A model generated the notes under the pieces. The model ran no database searches, was not told where the DNA came from, and saw only the letters and a program-made list of their open reading frames with translations. Position numbers and translations under genes: made by a program. A stretch of DNA of 64,000 nucleotides, taken from NCBI GenBank assembly GCA_963695545.1, contig OY968796.1, positions 1,376,001 through 1,440,000 of the forward strand, in the 5' to 3' direction. Source of the stretch: Terriglobia bacterium. Lineage in GTDB: Bacteria; Acidobacteriota; Terriglobia; Acidiferrales; UBA7541. Of the stretch, positions 39,077 through 49,655 are shown piece by piece (the stretch's first letter is position 1; each line of letters starts with the position of its first letter).

Positions 39077-40417
39077 CTACGCCCCGATCGCCGAATGGAT
39101 CGCCGCCGCCAGCGCCTTGGCCCACCGCGCGACGTCCTTTTCGCGCTCGGCTTCCACCATTACCCGCACTTTCGGCTCAGTGCCCGAATACCGCACCACC
39201 ACGCGGCCTGCGTCTCCCAGCGCCCGCGTGGCCTCGGCAAATACGCGCGCGAACGCCGGCAGCGAATCGAGCGGCGGTTTCGAGATCACCTTCACGTTAA
39301 CGATGGTCTGAGGAAAAATCTTGAGCCCGCGCATCAGATCGTCGAGCGGCCCGCGCAGCGAGACAAGGCAAGCCATCTTGAGCGCGGTCAGCAACCCGTC
39401 GCCGGTTGTAGCATCGTCGAGGAAGATCACGTGACCCGATTGCTCGCCGCCCAAATTGCATCCGCCGCGCAGCATTTCTTCCAGAACGTAGCGGTCGCCG
39501 ACCGGCACGCGGGCGAGCTTTAGGCCGTCTGCCGCCAGAGCGCGCTCCAGGCCCAGATTCGCCATGATCGTTCCCACTACGCGCGCGCATTTCAGCTGCC
39601 CGGCGGATTTCAGATAGCGCGCCGCGGCCAGCAGCACGCCGTCTCCATCGACGACGCGTCCGGTCGAGCTCACGAACACGGCGCGGTCGGCGTCGCCGTC
39701 AAAGGCCGCGCCCAGCGCGGCGCCCGTTTCCAGCACGGCCTTGCGCAACGCATTCGGATGCAGCGAGCCGCAATCCGCATTGATGTTGCGCCCATTCGGC
39801 TTGTCGTGGATCGCGGTCACCTCGGCTCCGAGGGAGCGGAATAATTCCGGACCAAGCGTCGATGCTGCGCCATTCGCGCAGTCGAGCGCGATTTTCATTC
39901 CCTCGAGATTCGCGCCGGGAATTGCGCGCGATCGCAAAAAATCCAGATACTCGCGCCCCAACGACGGTTCCGAATGCATTTCCGCGCGTTGCGCGGTTCG
40001 CGGCCCGATCGCGCTCAGAATCTCCTGCCCGAGGCGTGCTTCCACTTCGTCGGGGAATTTCATTCCCGTCGCGGCGATTAGTTTCACGCCGTTGTCGTGA
40101 TAGGGATTGTGCGAAGCGGAGATCACCACTCCTGCGGAAAATCCCTTGGCGCGAACCAGGTGCGCGACGCCGGGTGTGGTCAGCACGCCGGCCGAAGTGG
40201 CGGCGATGCCATCTTCGGCGAGGCCCGCGGCGATTTCTTGCGCGATGTGCGGGCCCGATTCGCGCGTGTCCATGCCCACGAGCACGCGCGGCTTCGTTTC
40301 GCGCTGCAGCAGAAAATGGCCCAGCGCCCGCCCGACGCGATACAGCGTGTCGTCATCGAGCGGGGGAGTGCCGGGTACGCCGCGAATTCCATCGGTTCCG
40401 AAAAGTTCTTTTGGCAT
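39077..40417 (-). CDS. glmM: Phosphoglucosamine mutase
   Basis: 'LFGTDGIRG', 'VISASHNPYHDNGVK', 'DGDADR', 'GGEQSGH', 'RYSGTEP'. Confidence 0.96.
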   Translation of the reverse strand: MPKELFGTDGIRGVPGTPPLDDDTLYRVGRALGHFLLQRETKPRVLVGMDTRESGPHIAQEIAAGLAEDGIAATSAGVLTTPGVAHLVRAKGFSAGVVISASHNPYHDNGVKLIAATGMKFPDEVEARLGQEILSAIGPRTAQRAEMHSEPSLGREYLDFLRSRAIPGANLEGMKIALDCANGAASTLGPELFRSLGAEVTAIHDKPNGRNINADCGSLHPNALRKAVLETGAALGAAFDGDADRAVFVSSTGRVVDGDGVLLAAARYLKSAGQLKCARVVGTIMANLGLERALAADGLKLARVPVGDRYVLEEMLRGGCNLGGEQSGHVIFLDDATTGDGLLTALKMACLVSLRGPLDDLMRGLKIFPQTIVNVKVISKPPLDSLPAFARVFAEATRALGDAGRVVVRYSGTEPKVRVMVEAEREKDVARWAKALAAAIHSAIGA

Positions 40418-40508
40418 TGCGCCGGTCCGCGCGGAGCACGCTGCTTCAAAAGGATGGACGGCCCATTCGGGTCATGAGGCTCAGTCGGCGAAGTGTACCA
40501 CGGCGCGA

Positions 40509-40919
40509 CTAATCGCCATGCGCCGGCGGCGGAGCGCGTCGCGGCGAGATCACAATTTGAAAGTCCGACGGCGAGATACGCGCCACCGTTGCCCCGAATG
40601 GAACCTCCACCATTTGCGGATCGAGGTGTACGCCGAGGTCACCGGGCTTCGCGTTGCTCAGATCCACGCTCACGCTCAAGTCGCTGGTCGTCAAGCGCCG
40701 GACTAAAGCCGAGCGGCCGCGCACGCGCACGTGAATCGTCGTGGGAACGTCGCTCGAGATTTCAAGCGTCGGCGGAATGTTTACGAATTCGAGCGGCAGC
40801 GCAAACCCCACCTCGGAGATGGGCTCGTCCGTGTACGTGGTCCACAGCACGCAGGAAATCGCCAGGGCCGCGAGTTTCAGCCACCAGTTGGGGAAGATGT
40901 ATGTGCGCAGCCAGCGCAT
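40509..40919 (-). CDS. cdaR: CdaR/YbbR-domain protein (single domain)
   Basis: 'NWWLKLAALAISCVLW' anchor plus one YbbR-like domain, between cdaA and glmM. Confidence 0.8.
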   Translation of the reverse strand: MRWLRTYIFPNWWLKLAALAISCVLWTTYTDEPISEVGFALPLEFVNIPPTLEISSDVPTTIHVRVRGRSALVRRLTTSDLSVSVDLSNAKPGDLGVHLDPQMVEVPFGATVARISPSDFQIVISPRRAPPPAHGD

Positions 40920-40922
40920 AAT

Positions 40923-41750
40923 TTATTTCCTCAGCGCCGCCGTCGGCGCGCCCGCTCCTGCCAGCGTCTGTCTGCGGCGGCCCGTCAGCGAAATCAAACG
41001 CTCCTGCAGTTGATCGGCAGTCACATCGAGTTCGATCCCCCCGCCCGTGGCTATGGAAATCGCGCCGGTCTCTTCCGAGACCACCACGGCAATGGCATCG
41101 CTTTCCTCCGTGATGCCGATCGCGGCGCGGTGGCGCGTGCCGAGCTGATTTGAGAGAGCCGGGTTCAGCGAGAGCGGCAGAAAGCACGCCGCGGCACAAA
41201 TGCGGTCACGCTGCAGGATCACCGCGCCGTCGTGCATCGGCGAGCCGGGACGAAAGATCGCAATCAGCAGGTCGTAGCTCAGATTGGCGTCGAGCGCGAT
41301 TCCGCTTTCGATGTACGTGCTCAGGCTGACGTCTCGTTCGATCACCACCAGCGCGCCGATTCGATTCTGCGAGAAATGGCCCGCAGCGAGAACCAGATCG
41401 TCGTACGGCGATCCGGTGCGCTGCCCCAGTAAGTGGCCGAACGAGAACTGGCGGCCGAATCGTGCCAGCGCCCTGCGAATTTCCGGCTGGAATAATACGA
41501 TCATGGCGATCGCAAAATACGGGAGCAGCGTCGTCAGCAGCCATTCCACCATGCCCAGACGCGCCCAGCGCGCGCCTTCATCGAGCAGGAACAGCAAAAG
41601 CAACGCCACCGCCATTTGCAGACCGCGCGTGCCGCGCAACAATTTCAGCAGGTAGTAGATCAAAACCGCAATGATCAAAATGTCCAGCGCCGAGCGCACA
41701 TTCAAGCGCCCGAGCGGCAGGCTAGGAAGGAGTGCGGCGAGCCCACTCAT
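40923..41750 (-). CDS. cdaA: Diadenylate cyclase CdaA
   Basis: Three TM helices, 'FQPEIRRAL', 'HDGAVI', 'LGTRHRAAIG', 'VVSEETG'. Confidence 0.94.
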   Translation of the reverse strand: MSGLAALLPSLPLGRLNVRSALDILIIAVLIYYLLKLLRGTRGLQMAVALLLLFLLDEGARWARLGMVEWLLTTLLPYFAIAMIVLFQPEIRRALARFGRQFSFGHLLGQRTGSPYDDLVLAAGHFSQNRIGALVVIERDVSLSTYIESGIALDANLSYDLLIAIFRPGSPMHDGAVILQRDRICAAACFLPLSLNPALSNQLGTRHRAAIGITEESDAIAVVVSEETGAISIATGGGIELDVTADQLQERLISLTGRRRQTLAGAGAPTAALRK

Positions 41751-41929
41751 GGGAGTCACTGCCTACCCTAGCGCGGGTTCGCGCGAGGGGCAAGCGCGCT
41801 TGTGTCCCCTGGGAAACCGAGCTCGGCGGGGGAGGGTGTTGCAGGCAACAGCGAAGTTTCGTTTTTTGGCAACATACCGGCGTTGCTGTACGCGGCCGAT
41901 TCTAGCCTCATGGTAATGTGAATTCAGCC

Positions 41930-42991
41930 ATGCTCGTCGACAATATTCGATTCACGGCGCGCCCGAATGCGACGCAGCGGATCATCGCCGTCGCGATCGT
42001 CTTCGCGTGCCTCTACGTGGCTTCAAGCGTGGTGATGACGCTGTTGCTGGCCATTTTGGCCGCTTACTTTCTCGATCCGTTGGTCGGGGCGCTCGAGCGC
42101 ATGCGCATTCCGCGCGCAATCGGTTCCTTGCTCGTTCTGCTTGCGGCCATCGCGCTTCTCGTGTGGTTCGGCTACTTGATCTCCTCACACGCCAGCGCCT
42201 TCGCCGAGGATTGGCCGCGTTACAGTCAGGTGCTTCGCCGGGAAACGGTCACGCTCGACAACAATCTAGCCGCCGTCGAAAAGCAGGTCGGCGCCGTCGG
42301 GCCCGGAGTGGACGATCGCAACCGCCCCACCATTCGCGGTGAAGAACTACAGTTGCTTCGCGAGGTATTTCTGCGCGGCGTCGGTTCGATCTACTCGATC
42401 CTGCTGCTCGTCACGTTCCTTCCCTTCCTGATTTTCTTCATGCTCGCGGCCAAGCGCCGGATTTGGCGCTCGACGCTGCAATTGTTTCCCGAAGAAGAAC
42501 AGCCCAGCGTTGAAGAAGCGCTCGGTCAGGTCAGCGCGATGTTGCGTGGCTACATGGTCGGAAACGCGCTGGTCGGTTTGATCCTGATGTTCGCCAGTGG
42601 ATTATTTTTCTGGATGATGCATCTGGATTATCCCTTCCTTGGCGGCGTGGTTTCGGGCCTGCTGAACATGATTCCGTATCTCGGCGCGGTGCTCGCTTGG
42701 CTTCCGCCGTTTCTGATCGGCATGGCGCAGTGGCAGAGCGTCGGTCCGTTCCTGTGGATTGCCGGGGCGCTCTTGACGTTCCACATCATCGCGTTGAATT
42801 TGCTCGTGCCCGCGATGGTCGGCCGGCGCGTGCAGTTGAGCGCCCTGGCCGTCACCGTCGCGCTGCTATTCTGGGGCTGGTTGTGGGGCGCGATCGGATT
42901 GATCTTGGCGATTCCGATCACGGCGACGATCAAAGTAGTTTGCGATCACGTGGAAGATTGGCGGCCGATCGGCCGTTGGCTGGGATCTTAG
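41930..42991 (+). CDS. AI-2E family transporter
   Basis: 'LAYFLDPLV', 'LLNMIPYLG', 'WGWLWGAIGLILAIP'. Confidence 0.9.
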   Translation: MLVDNIRFTARPNATQRIIAVAIVFACLYVASSVVMTLLLAILAAYFLDPLVGALERMRIPRAIGSLLVLLAAIALLVWFGYLISSHASAFAEDWPRYSQVLRRETVTLDNNLAAVEKQVGAVGPGVDDRNRPTIRGEELQLLREVFLRGVGSIYSILLLVTFLPFLIFFMLAAKRRIWRSTLQLFPEEEQPSVEEALGQVSAMLRGYMVGNALVGLILMFASGLFFWMMHLDYPFLGGVVSGLLNMIPYLGAVLAWLPPFLIGMAQWQSVGPFLWIAGALLTFHIIALNLLVPAMVGRRVQLSALAVTVALLFWGWLWGAIGLILAIPITATIKVVCDHVEDWRPIGRWLGS

Positions 42992-43027
42992 CGGTGCCCT
43001 TCGCGATTTTCTCCGCGCGAGCCAACG

Positions 43028-43735
43028 CTAGCGCGAATTTTCCCCTCTGATATTTTTCTCCATCCCCGCAGCGCGCATTGCGTGCAGCTCGGCAACGATC
43101 TCCGCGAGATTCCCTTCCTGCTGAAACATGCGAATCGCGGCGATTCCGGCGGCGCCGGCCGCGAAGCAATCCGCGGCGTTAAATTCCGTGATTCCGCCGA
43201 TGGCCAGCACCGGAACCCGCGCGCCGTGGCATGCCGCTGCCAGGCGCTCGAGCCCTTGCGGCAGACCGAATGAAGATTTGGAAGGCGTTGCGAACACGGG
43301 CCCGAAGAAAACGTAATCCGCGCCCGCGCGCTCGGCTGCGCGCACGGCTTCGGCAGAATGGCAAGAGACGCCGATCGCGAATTTGTTTCGACCCACTGCG
43401 GCGCGCCACGCGGCCACCCGCGCAACTGGCAACGACGTTTCGCCGAAGTGCGCACCGTCCGCGCCGGCTGCAAGCGCGACGTCCAACCGATCGTTCACCA
43501 GAATGCGCGCGCGTCCGCCGATCGCCTCAACCGCACGGCGAACCAGCGCCTCAAGCGGGCGCGCCTCAAGATCCTTCTCGCGCACTTGGATCCAATCCGC
43601 GCCCGCGGATGCGGCGCGTTCAATCGAAGAAATAAGCGCTGCGTTGGAATCCCCGTCGCCAGACGCCGTAGCGCCCGGCAGACTCTGCCGGTCCGTCACG
43701 TAGCAAAGTATGGGAGTCGTCGCGTTCCCGATCAT
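43028..43735 (-). CDS. thiE: Thiamine phosphate synthase ThiE/TenI family
   Basis: 'IQVREKDL', 'VNDRLDVA', 'GVSCH', 'GPVFATPSK', 'AIGGI'. Confidence 0.82.
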   Translation of the reverse strand: MIGNATTPILCYVTDRQSLPGATASGDGDSNAALISSIERAASAGADWIQVREKDLEARPLEALVRRAVEAIGGRARILVNDRLDVALAAGADGAHFGETSLPVARVAAWRAAVGRNKFAIGVSCHSAEAVRAAERAGADYVFFGPVFATPSKSSFGLPQGLERLAAACHGARVPVLAIGGITEFNAADCFAAGAAGIAAIRMFQQEGNLAEIVAELHAMRAAGMEKNIRGENSR

Positions 43736-43875
43736 GTTGCGATTTCACGCCGTCACAGCCACTCGCGCGTCGCTCGAGTGTAGACGCCACTTCCCGGGCG
43801 CGCCATCGGTTTGATCGATGCGCCCCGCGCAGGCATTTCAAGCAATGCCCTCCGCGCAGACCGGCCTCGAAGTGA

Positions 43876-44118
43876 TTAATTTCGCGTGGCGACCCGCACC
43901 GGATCGTTGCGCAGCATCTCCGCCGCCATGAATATATCGAGCGCCCCCAATCCTGAAACCGCTCCGCGGACCGAAGGGTGCAAAACGTAGGGAATCATCT
44001 CGGGAAATCGACTGAGGAAATAATTGTGTTCCCACAAACCGAGCCAGGGAAGCATAACCAGCAAGACGCCGAGCAGAAGAAAATCCAGGCTCAAAAGGAC
44101 TCGGAGCAGTCGGTTCAT
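43876..44118 (-). CDS. Small membrane protein
   Basis: 'MNRLLRVLLSLDFLLLGVLLVMLPW...VRGAVSGLG'; 10 nt after TPR gene stop. Confidence 0.75.
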   Translation of the reverse strand: MNRLLRVLLSLDFLLLGVLLVMLPWLGLWEHNYFLSRFPEMIPYVLHPSVRGAVSGLGALDIFMAAEMLRNDPVRVATRN

Positions 44119-44128
44119 CCCCGCGCGC

Positions 44129-46828
44129 TCATCGCGCCTTATCGAAAGCGGCGAGGCGCTCAGCGACGTCCCGGTAGTCGATATTCGTGGCGTACACTTC
44201 GGCGAAACTCTTTTGCGCGCCCACCGGATCGCCCGCAAGATCCTGGGCCACGCCCAGATCGTAATGCAGCGCGAGCTGCGTTTCGTGATCGAGGTCGGGG
44301 ATTTTCAAAGCGCGTTGGTACCACATGGCGGCGATCGCGGGCTGCCCCTTCTCCATGAACGACAGCCCAAGCAGAGTACAACATTGCAACGCGTAACGGA
44401 ACGCCTGGTCGCGATCGCTGACCTTGGCCACTTTCTGGAATTCGCTGATGGCCTCTTCCAGCAAACCCATTTCGCGATAGGCCACGCCGAGATTGTAATG
44501 CGTCTCGATGTCTTCTTCCGCCGTGTCGATCTCGCCCAACTCGGCGCGAAATTCTTCAAACACCTGGTGCAAATGATCGGTGGCCGCAACGGACATGCCT
44601 GCCGGCTCGCCGGCCGTCGAAACAGGTTGGGATTCTGCCGCGGCAATCGGCGCAACAGGCATCGGCGCCGGCGGCACAACCGCCGCGGGAATATGCGTCG
44701 CCGCGGCGTTCGCCGCAACCGGAGTCGGCTCTGGCACACGCGCCGCATGTGGAACTGAGGAAGCCTGCGCGGGCTGCTCATCTCCCACCAGCAGCGCCGC
44801 GATGTCGTCGAAGCCCGTCGCCAAATCCGCAAGCAGCCGCTCGGAGGAAAGCTCCTCCTCCGCCTCGGTAGCAGCCTCGAGCTCGAATTCATATTCCATG
44901 TTGGCGGCAGGTTCCAGAGTCGCGTGCTCCGGAGCCGAACTCGCCGCCAAGCCCACGGGCACCGCAGCGGCGTCCTCGGCCGCGAGGGCGGGCAATTCTT
45001 CCTCCGCCGGTTCGACCGGCGCCACCGGCTCCGTCTCCACCGGCGCTTCGATCTGCTGCGAAAGCGCGGCCCACTCCTCCGAGAGGTCCACTTCGTGGAC
45101 GGCCACGTCCTCGAGTTCTTCAATTCCTTCGTCGGTTTCCGCGGCCGCCGGACGCACCTCGAATTCCGCGTGTTGCGGTTCCGTAGCAACGTTCTCGGCT
45201 TGCGCTTCAATCACCGGCACGGAAAATTCCGCCGGCGCGGCAGGCCCGGCAGTTTCCTTCGGTTGCGTATCCCCGCTCGCGTCCGCAGCGCGCTCGAAAC
45301 GTCGGCGCAATTCCGTGTAGCGCTCCGCGCGTCCGCGGTCGCCGCGGCCGAGCCACAATTGTTCGAGTTCCGCGGCCAGATCCGCTGTGCGCCGCTCTTC
45401 CCCGGCGCCCAGGTTCAAATCGAGCAGCCGCTCGAGCACCGGCGCGTGCGCGTGCGCGCGCTGCCGGACTTCTTCGAGCAGCTCGATTGCTTTGTGCGTC
45501 AGCCCGTAGCTCGAAAACAGATCGACGTCGGTGAGCGCCTGCGCCACGAAGCGCTGCGTTTCATCGTCCAGCGCAGGCTCCGCGGACGGCGGCGCGGCAG
45601 CGGGCGCGGCTTCGGCCGGAGCCATTTTCACGAATGGTTGCACGTCGGCCATCGGTTCCAGGCCCAACTTCGCGCGTAATTGCACATAGCGCCGCCGCGT
45701 GGCTTCATCTTCCGGATTGCGGTCCAGCAACTGTTCGTAGGCCACGCGAGCGCGCTCCAGATCACCCGCCTGTTCCGCCGCGCGCGCCAGGCGCGCCAGC
45801 ACGTCCGGCATGCGGAATGAATCGTTGTTGCGTCCGAACAACTCGATAAGCCATTCGAGCGGCTCGAAGCGATCCGGCATTTTTTCCGACGCGCGGTCCA
45901 GCGAGCGCTCCAAACCTTCGTGGTCGTTCTCGGTCATCGCCGCGCGGATGCGGCCCAGCAGTTTCAGCGCCGGTTCAAGCTCGCCAGCCTCCAGCAGCGC
46001 GTCCGCCACGGTATGCGCCGGGCGATGATGTTTCGGGTTGCGCGAGAAGATTTTTTCCGACAACTCGATCGCCGGTTCATACGTGCCGCCCGCCAGATAT
46101 TCCGCGATCAAAAGATCCGCTCCCGGGCCGCCATCTTCGATTCCGGGAAACATCGCCAGCAGCGCAACGCCTTCGGTGCGCTTGCCCGAAGAAATGAACA
46201 CGCGCGCCTTCAGCAGCAGCGTCGCCGCGTCCTTTGGCTCGAGTTCAAGTGCCCGTCCCACCAGGCGCAGCGCCTCCGCGTGGTCGCCCTGCTCATGCAA
46301 TCGTTGCCCCGCGCCGCGGTATGCTTCCACCGCCTCGCCCGTCTGACCCATCGCCACGCACAGCTCGGCCATCCGAATTTGCACGCGCAGATTGTCCGGC
46401 TCGGCCTCCAGCAAACGCTTCAGCAGCATCGCTCCCTGCTGCTGCCGCCCCGCTTTCAAATGCGCTTCGGCCATTTGCAGATAGAGTGGCCGCGCTTCGC
46501 TCATCACGCCTTGCTGCACGTAAAGCTCCGCCAGCCGCTCGAGAGGCCGGGTTTCTTCGGGCGCGAGCTTGGCTACTTTCTTGTAAATGGCGATGGCTTT
46601 GGTGGTGAATCCGTCGTTGATGAAAATCTGCGCCAGGCGCTCGAAATATTCCAGCGCCTGAAACGTCTCGCCCTGGCGCACCAGCAAATCGCCCACGGTC
46701 ATCAGGATCACCTGATCCCGCGGTTCTTGCTTCAGGATATGCTGATACTCGCCGATAGCCTGCGCAACCTTCCCCTGTTGCAGGTATTTCTGCGCGGCTT
46801 CGATCAACTTGGTTTTGTTGTAGGCCAT
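44129..46828 (-). CDS. Large TPR protein with acidic linker and FimV-like C-terminal TPR
   Basis: N-terminal TPR array, E/A/P-rich middle, 'ETHYNLGVAYREMGLLEEAISEFQ'. Confidence 0.85.
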   Translation of the reverse strand: MAYNKTKLIEAAQKYLQQGKVAQAIGEYQHILKQEPRDQVILMTVGDLLVRQGETFQALEYFERLAQIFINDGFTTKAIAIYKKVAKLAPEETRPLERLAELYVQQGVMSEARPLYLQMAEAHLKAGRQQQGAMLLKRLLEAEPDNLRVQIRMAELCVAMGQTGEAVEAYRGAGQRLHEQGDHAEALRLVGRALELEPKDAATLLLKARVFISSGKRTEGVALLAMFPGIEDGGPGADLLIAEYLAGGTYEPAIELSEKIFSRNPKHHRPAHTVADALLEAGELEPALKLLGRIRAAMTENDHEGLERSLDRASEKMPDRFEPLEWLIELFGRNNDSFRMPDVLARLARAAEQAGDLERARVAYEQLLDRNPEDEATRRRYVQLRAKLGLEPMADVQPFVKMAPAEAAPAAAPPSAEPALDDETQRFVAQALTDVDLFSSYGLTHKAIELLEEVRQRAHAHAPVLERLLDLNLGAGEERRTADLAAELEQLWLGRGDRGRAERYTELRRRFERAADASGDTQPKETAGPAAPAEFSVPVIEAQAENVATEPQHAEFEVRPAAAETDEGIEELEDVAVHEVDLSEEWAALSQQIEAPVETEPVAPVEPAEEELPALAAEDAAAVPVGLAASSAPEHATLEPAANMEYEFELEAATEAEEELSSERLLADLATGFDDIAALLVGDEQPAQASSVPHAARVPEPTPVAANAAATHIPAAVVPPAPMPVAPIAAAESQPVSTAGEPAGMSVAATDHLHQVFEEFRAELGEIDTAEEDIETHYNLGVAYREMGLLEEAISEFQKVAKVSDRDQAFRYALQCCTLLGLSFMEKGQPAIAAMWYQRALKIPDLDHETQLALHYDLGVAQDLAGDPVGAQKSFAEVYATNIDYRDVAERLAAFDKAR

Positions 46829-47139
46829 CGACGACGCTCTATCCGTTCACCCGACGCGCTTCCCGCGCGCGGTTCCAGCAATACGCTCCGCGCGGCCGTT
46901 TAAAGCCATGCGTTCCGCGCGGTCCGGCTTCGCTCACGGCGGAACCTCGGCGAACCGGAACGCCTCGAAGCCTCACGCAGCCGCGTTTGCGCAGTCCGGT
47001 GCGATCCTCGGCAGGAACGGCCAGTATTAAATGCTATAGCGCGCCCACGCTTGCGGAGCAGTTTCACGCTAGCACGCGCCGAAAAGCCAAGTCAACGCGC
47101 CCCGCGCCAACCTGTGCGCGGAAGTTACCAGCATTAAGG

Positions 47140-47832
47140 TCACACTGCGGGCGTGCCCGGCGCGTGACCGAGCGGGAGGAATTCCTGCGTCGCGCCCGAT
47201 GCCCAGCAGCACGATTCGCGCACCGGAGCGAAGGAAAAGCGATGATGTGGCGTGGGCCCAAACACGCGCAGCGCCTCCAGATGATCCGGCGTCGCGTAGC
47301 CTTTGTTGTGTCTCAATCCGTAATTCGGATAGACCGAATCCCACTCTTGCATCATGCGATCGCGCGCCACCTTCGCCAGTATTGACGCCGCCGCGATCGA
47401 CACCGATCGCGCGTCGCCCTTGATCAGCGAGCGCTGCTCCACCAGCACGTCCAGTCGCATCGCGTCGATCAGCAAATAATCCGGCGGCACGGGCAGTTGG
47501 CCCAGCGCTTCGGTCATCGCCTGGCGGCTGGCTTGGTAGATGTTCCACGCGTCGATGCGCTGCGCGTCGGCCTGCGCTACGGCCCACACCAGCGCGTGTT
47601 CGCGGATGCGCTCCGCCAGAATTTCGCGGCGCTCCGCAGTAAGTTTTTTGGAATCGTCCAGACCCACAATCCGCCGGCGCGGATTCAGCACCACCACCGC
47701 GGCCACCACCGGCCCGAACAGCGAGCCGCGCCCCACTTCGTCAAGCCCCGCGATGCGCAGCCAGCCGCGCTGCCGCGCTTCGCGTTCGTAGCGAGAAGAG
47801 CAAAGCCGCCCCATCCCCGCGAATTTTAGCAC
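47140..47832 (-). CDS. rnhB: Ribonuclease HII
   Basis: 'AGLDEVGRG', 'LDDSKKL', 'LLIDA', 'KGD', 'IAAASILAKVARD', 'HNKGY'. Confidence 0.96.
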   Translation of the reverse strand: MLKFAGMGRLCSSRYEREARQRGWLRIAGLDEVGRGSLFGPVVAAVVVLNPRRRIVGLDDSKKLTAERREILAERIREHALVWAVAQADAQRIDAWNIYQASRQAMTEALGQLPVPPDYLLIDAMRLDVLVEQRSLIKGDARSVSIAAASILAKVARDRMMQEWDSVYPNYGLRHNKGYATPDHLEALRVFGPTPHHRFSFAPVRESCCWASGATQEFLPLGHAPGTPAV

Positions 47833-47954
47833 GCCTGAATTGTTTGTGGCGAAGCCGCGTGGCTTCTCATTCCGAAGAATACGCGATGCTTGCGCCGAGG
47901 CCTGCTGGACTGAGGAATTCTTCTACCGCCCCTCGCCCGCGCGCCTCCAACCTG

Positions 47955-48083
47955 GTCATCCCGAGGAGCGAAGCGACGAGGGATCTCTCTGCCGCCGCGC
48001 CACCAGGCCCCCTTGCACTTGTAGGGCCGGAGCTTGTCTCCCCCCGGGGTGCCGTGCTTTTGTAGGGTGCGCCGAAGGCGCGC
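47955..48083 (+). repeat. Cluster of other REP-like palindromes
   Basis: GTCATCCCGAGGAGCGAAGCGACGAGGGATCT (47955), TGTAGGGCCGGAGCTTGTCTCCCCCC (48020), TGTAGGGTGCGCCGAAGGCGCGC (48061). Confidence 0.65.
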
Positions 48084-48127
48084 TGCGGCGGAAACTCGCC
48101 GCTCGCCACTACCCACTCGCCACTGCC

Positions 48128-48517
48128 CTATTCGCTTGCGACCTTCTCCGGCTTCGCGGCCCGCTCGACCTCGACGCGCTCGATGCGCGCCGCTTTGCCC
48201 TTCAGGCCGCGCAGGTAGTAAAGCTTCGAGCGTCGCACCTTGCCCTGGCTGAGCACCTCAATCGCGCTGATCGCCGGCGAATGCGCCGGAAAGATGCGCT
48301 CGATCCCGATGCCGAAGCTCACGCGCCGCACCGTGAAGCTCGAGCCGGTCTGCACGCCGCGCTTCTTGATCACCACGCCCTCGAACGGCTGGATGCGCTC
48401 TTTTTCTTCGTCGCCTTCCTTCAGGCGCACGTGCACCCGAATGGTGTCGCCCGGCCGGAACTCCGGAAGGTCCTTCCGCACTTGCCCCTGCTGCATTTTT
48501 TCAATGGTGATATTCAT
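48128..48517 (-). CDS. rplS: 50S ribosomal protein L19
   Basis: '[14 protein letters not shown]', '[11 protein letters not shown]', '[12 protein letters not shown]'. Confidence 0.97.
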   Translation of the reverse strand: MNITIEKMQQGQVRKDLPEFRPGDTIRVHVRLKEGDEEKERIQPFEGVVIKKRGVQTGSSFTVRRVSFGIGIERIFPAHSPAISAIEVLSQGKVRRSKLYYLRGLKGKAARIERVEVERAAKPEKVASE

Positions 48518-48683
48518 AGCAAACTTTCCTGCCGGCAAGCCCACCTAGGCGGGACCAGCTAAGTTTTTTCCAGCGGGCGACATGCCCAGCCCGCACCCGA
48601 AACACAATCACCGATTCTAACGGATAACCCCCCGTTTGCCTAGGTCTGTACTAGAATCGCGCATGTAGCGTTGATGCGGATTT

Positions 48684-48780
48684 TGTAGCGCCAGCCTTCA
48701 GGCTGGCAGCCTTTCTCTGGCCTTTTCTGGCATTGAATCGAATATCCTAAACCCTTGCCAGCCTGAAGGCTGGCGCTACG
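48684..48780. repeat. REP family B inverted doublet (REPIN-like)
   Basis: TGTAGCGCCAGCCTTCAGGCTGGC (48684-48707) and inverted GCCAGCCTGAAGGCTGGCGCTACG (48757-48780). Confidence 0.9.
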
Positions 48781-48793
48781 CGTGCAGACCAAA

Positions 48794-49324
48794 ATGCCGA
48801 AAAACCTGAATCGTAAGAACATCCGACTGCCAGCCCCGAACTACACGGGAATCCGGGAATATTTCGTCACGATCTGCTGCCACAAGCGCGCGCCGCTGTT
48901 AGCCCGGAGCGAGAACGTTCTTCCAATTCTGGAGCAACTCAAATCATCAGCCCTCAGCTATTCCTTCTCCGTCCACGCCTCCTGCGCCATGCCCGACCAC
49001 CTCCATATCCTCGTGGCGGGCGCGTCGGATTCGAGCCGCCTGCTCAATTTCGTGAAATCTTTCAAGCAACGCACCGGATATGAATTTCGTAAGCGAACAG
49101 GAGCACAACTGTGGCAGTTCAAGTCCTACGATCACATCCTGCGCCGCGGCGATGGCATGGAGCGCGTCGCTTGGTACATTTGGATGAATCCAGTACGGAA
49201 AGGACTATGCAATCAGCCCGCGGAATTCCCATACTCGGGCTCATTTACCATGGAGTGGCGAGACCAACCACAACCGCAGCGTCTCTGGAACCCGCCGCGC
49301 GCGCCGCTGCAGCGCCACGGCTGA
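48794..49324 (+). mobile_element. REP-associated tyrosine transposase (RAYT), copy 2
   Basis: 'YFVTIC', 'MPDHLH', 'LWQFKSYDHILR', 'VAWYIWMNPVRKGLC' identical to copy 1; REPs on both sides. Confidence 0.9.
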
Positions 49325-49346
49325 AGGCGACTTATGCTGTTGCACG

Positions 49347-49370
49347 TGTAGCGCCAGCCTTCAGGCTGGC
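49347..49370 (+). repeat. REP family B copy
   Basis: Identical to 48684-48707. Confidence 0.9.
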
Positions 49371-49415
49371 GCTTTTTTCTTGATGTCGGGCAAACAAAAT
49401 ATTTCGGAGGCTCTG

Positions 49416-49631
49416 ATGAAACATGCAAACATCCTCATAGAAGTTCGTGGCGGGGTAGTCGTCGCTGTGTACTCGAACGATTCCCAATCGCGCGTATTCC
49501 TTTTGGATTGGGATGAACAAGGCGATCACATTCTTCGCGATCATGTTGACGCGGTCCCATACCCAGTTGATAGTTTTGGCGCGATGCCGGCCGACACCGA
49601 AAAACGTTTCCTCGCCGCAACGAAGGATTAA
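49416..49631 (+). CDS. Small hypothetical protein (71 aa)
   Basis: GGAGG SD at 49406-49410; 'MKHANILIEVRGGVVVAVYS...VFLLDWD'. Confidence 0.65.
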   Translation: MKHANILIEVRGGVVVAVYSNDSQSRVFLLDWDEQGDHILRDHVDAVPYPVDSFGAMPADTEKRFLAATKD

Positions 49632-49655
49632 AGTGGCAGAGGCCATTAAGCGGCG

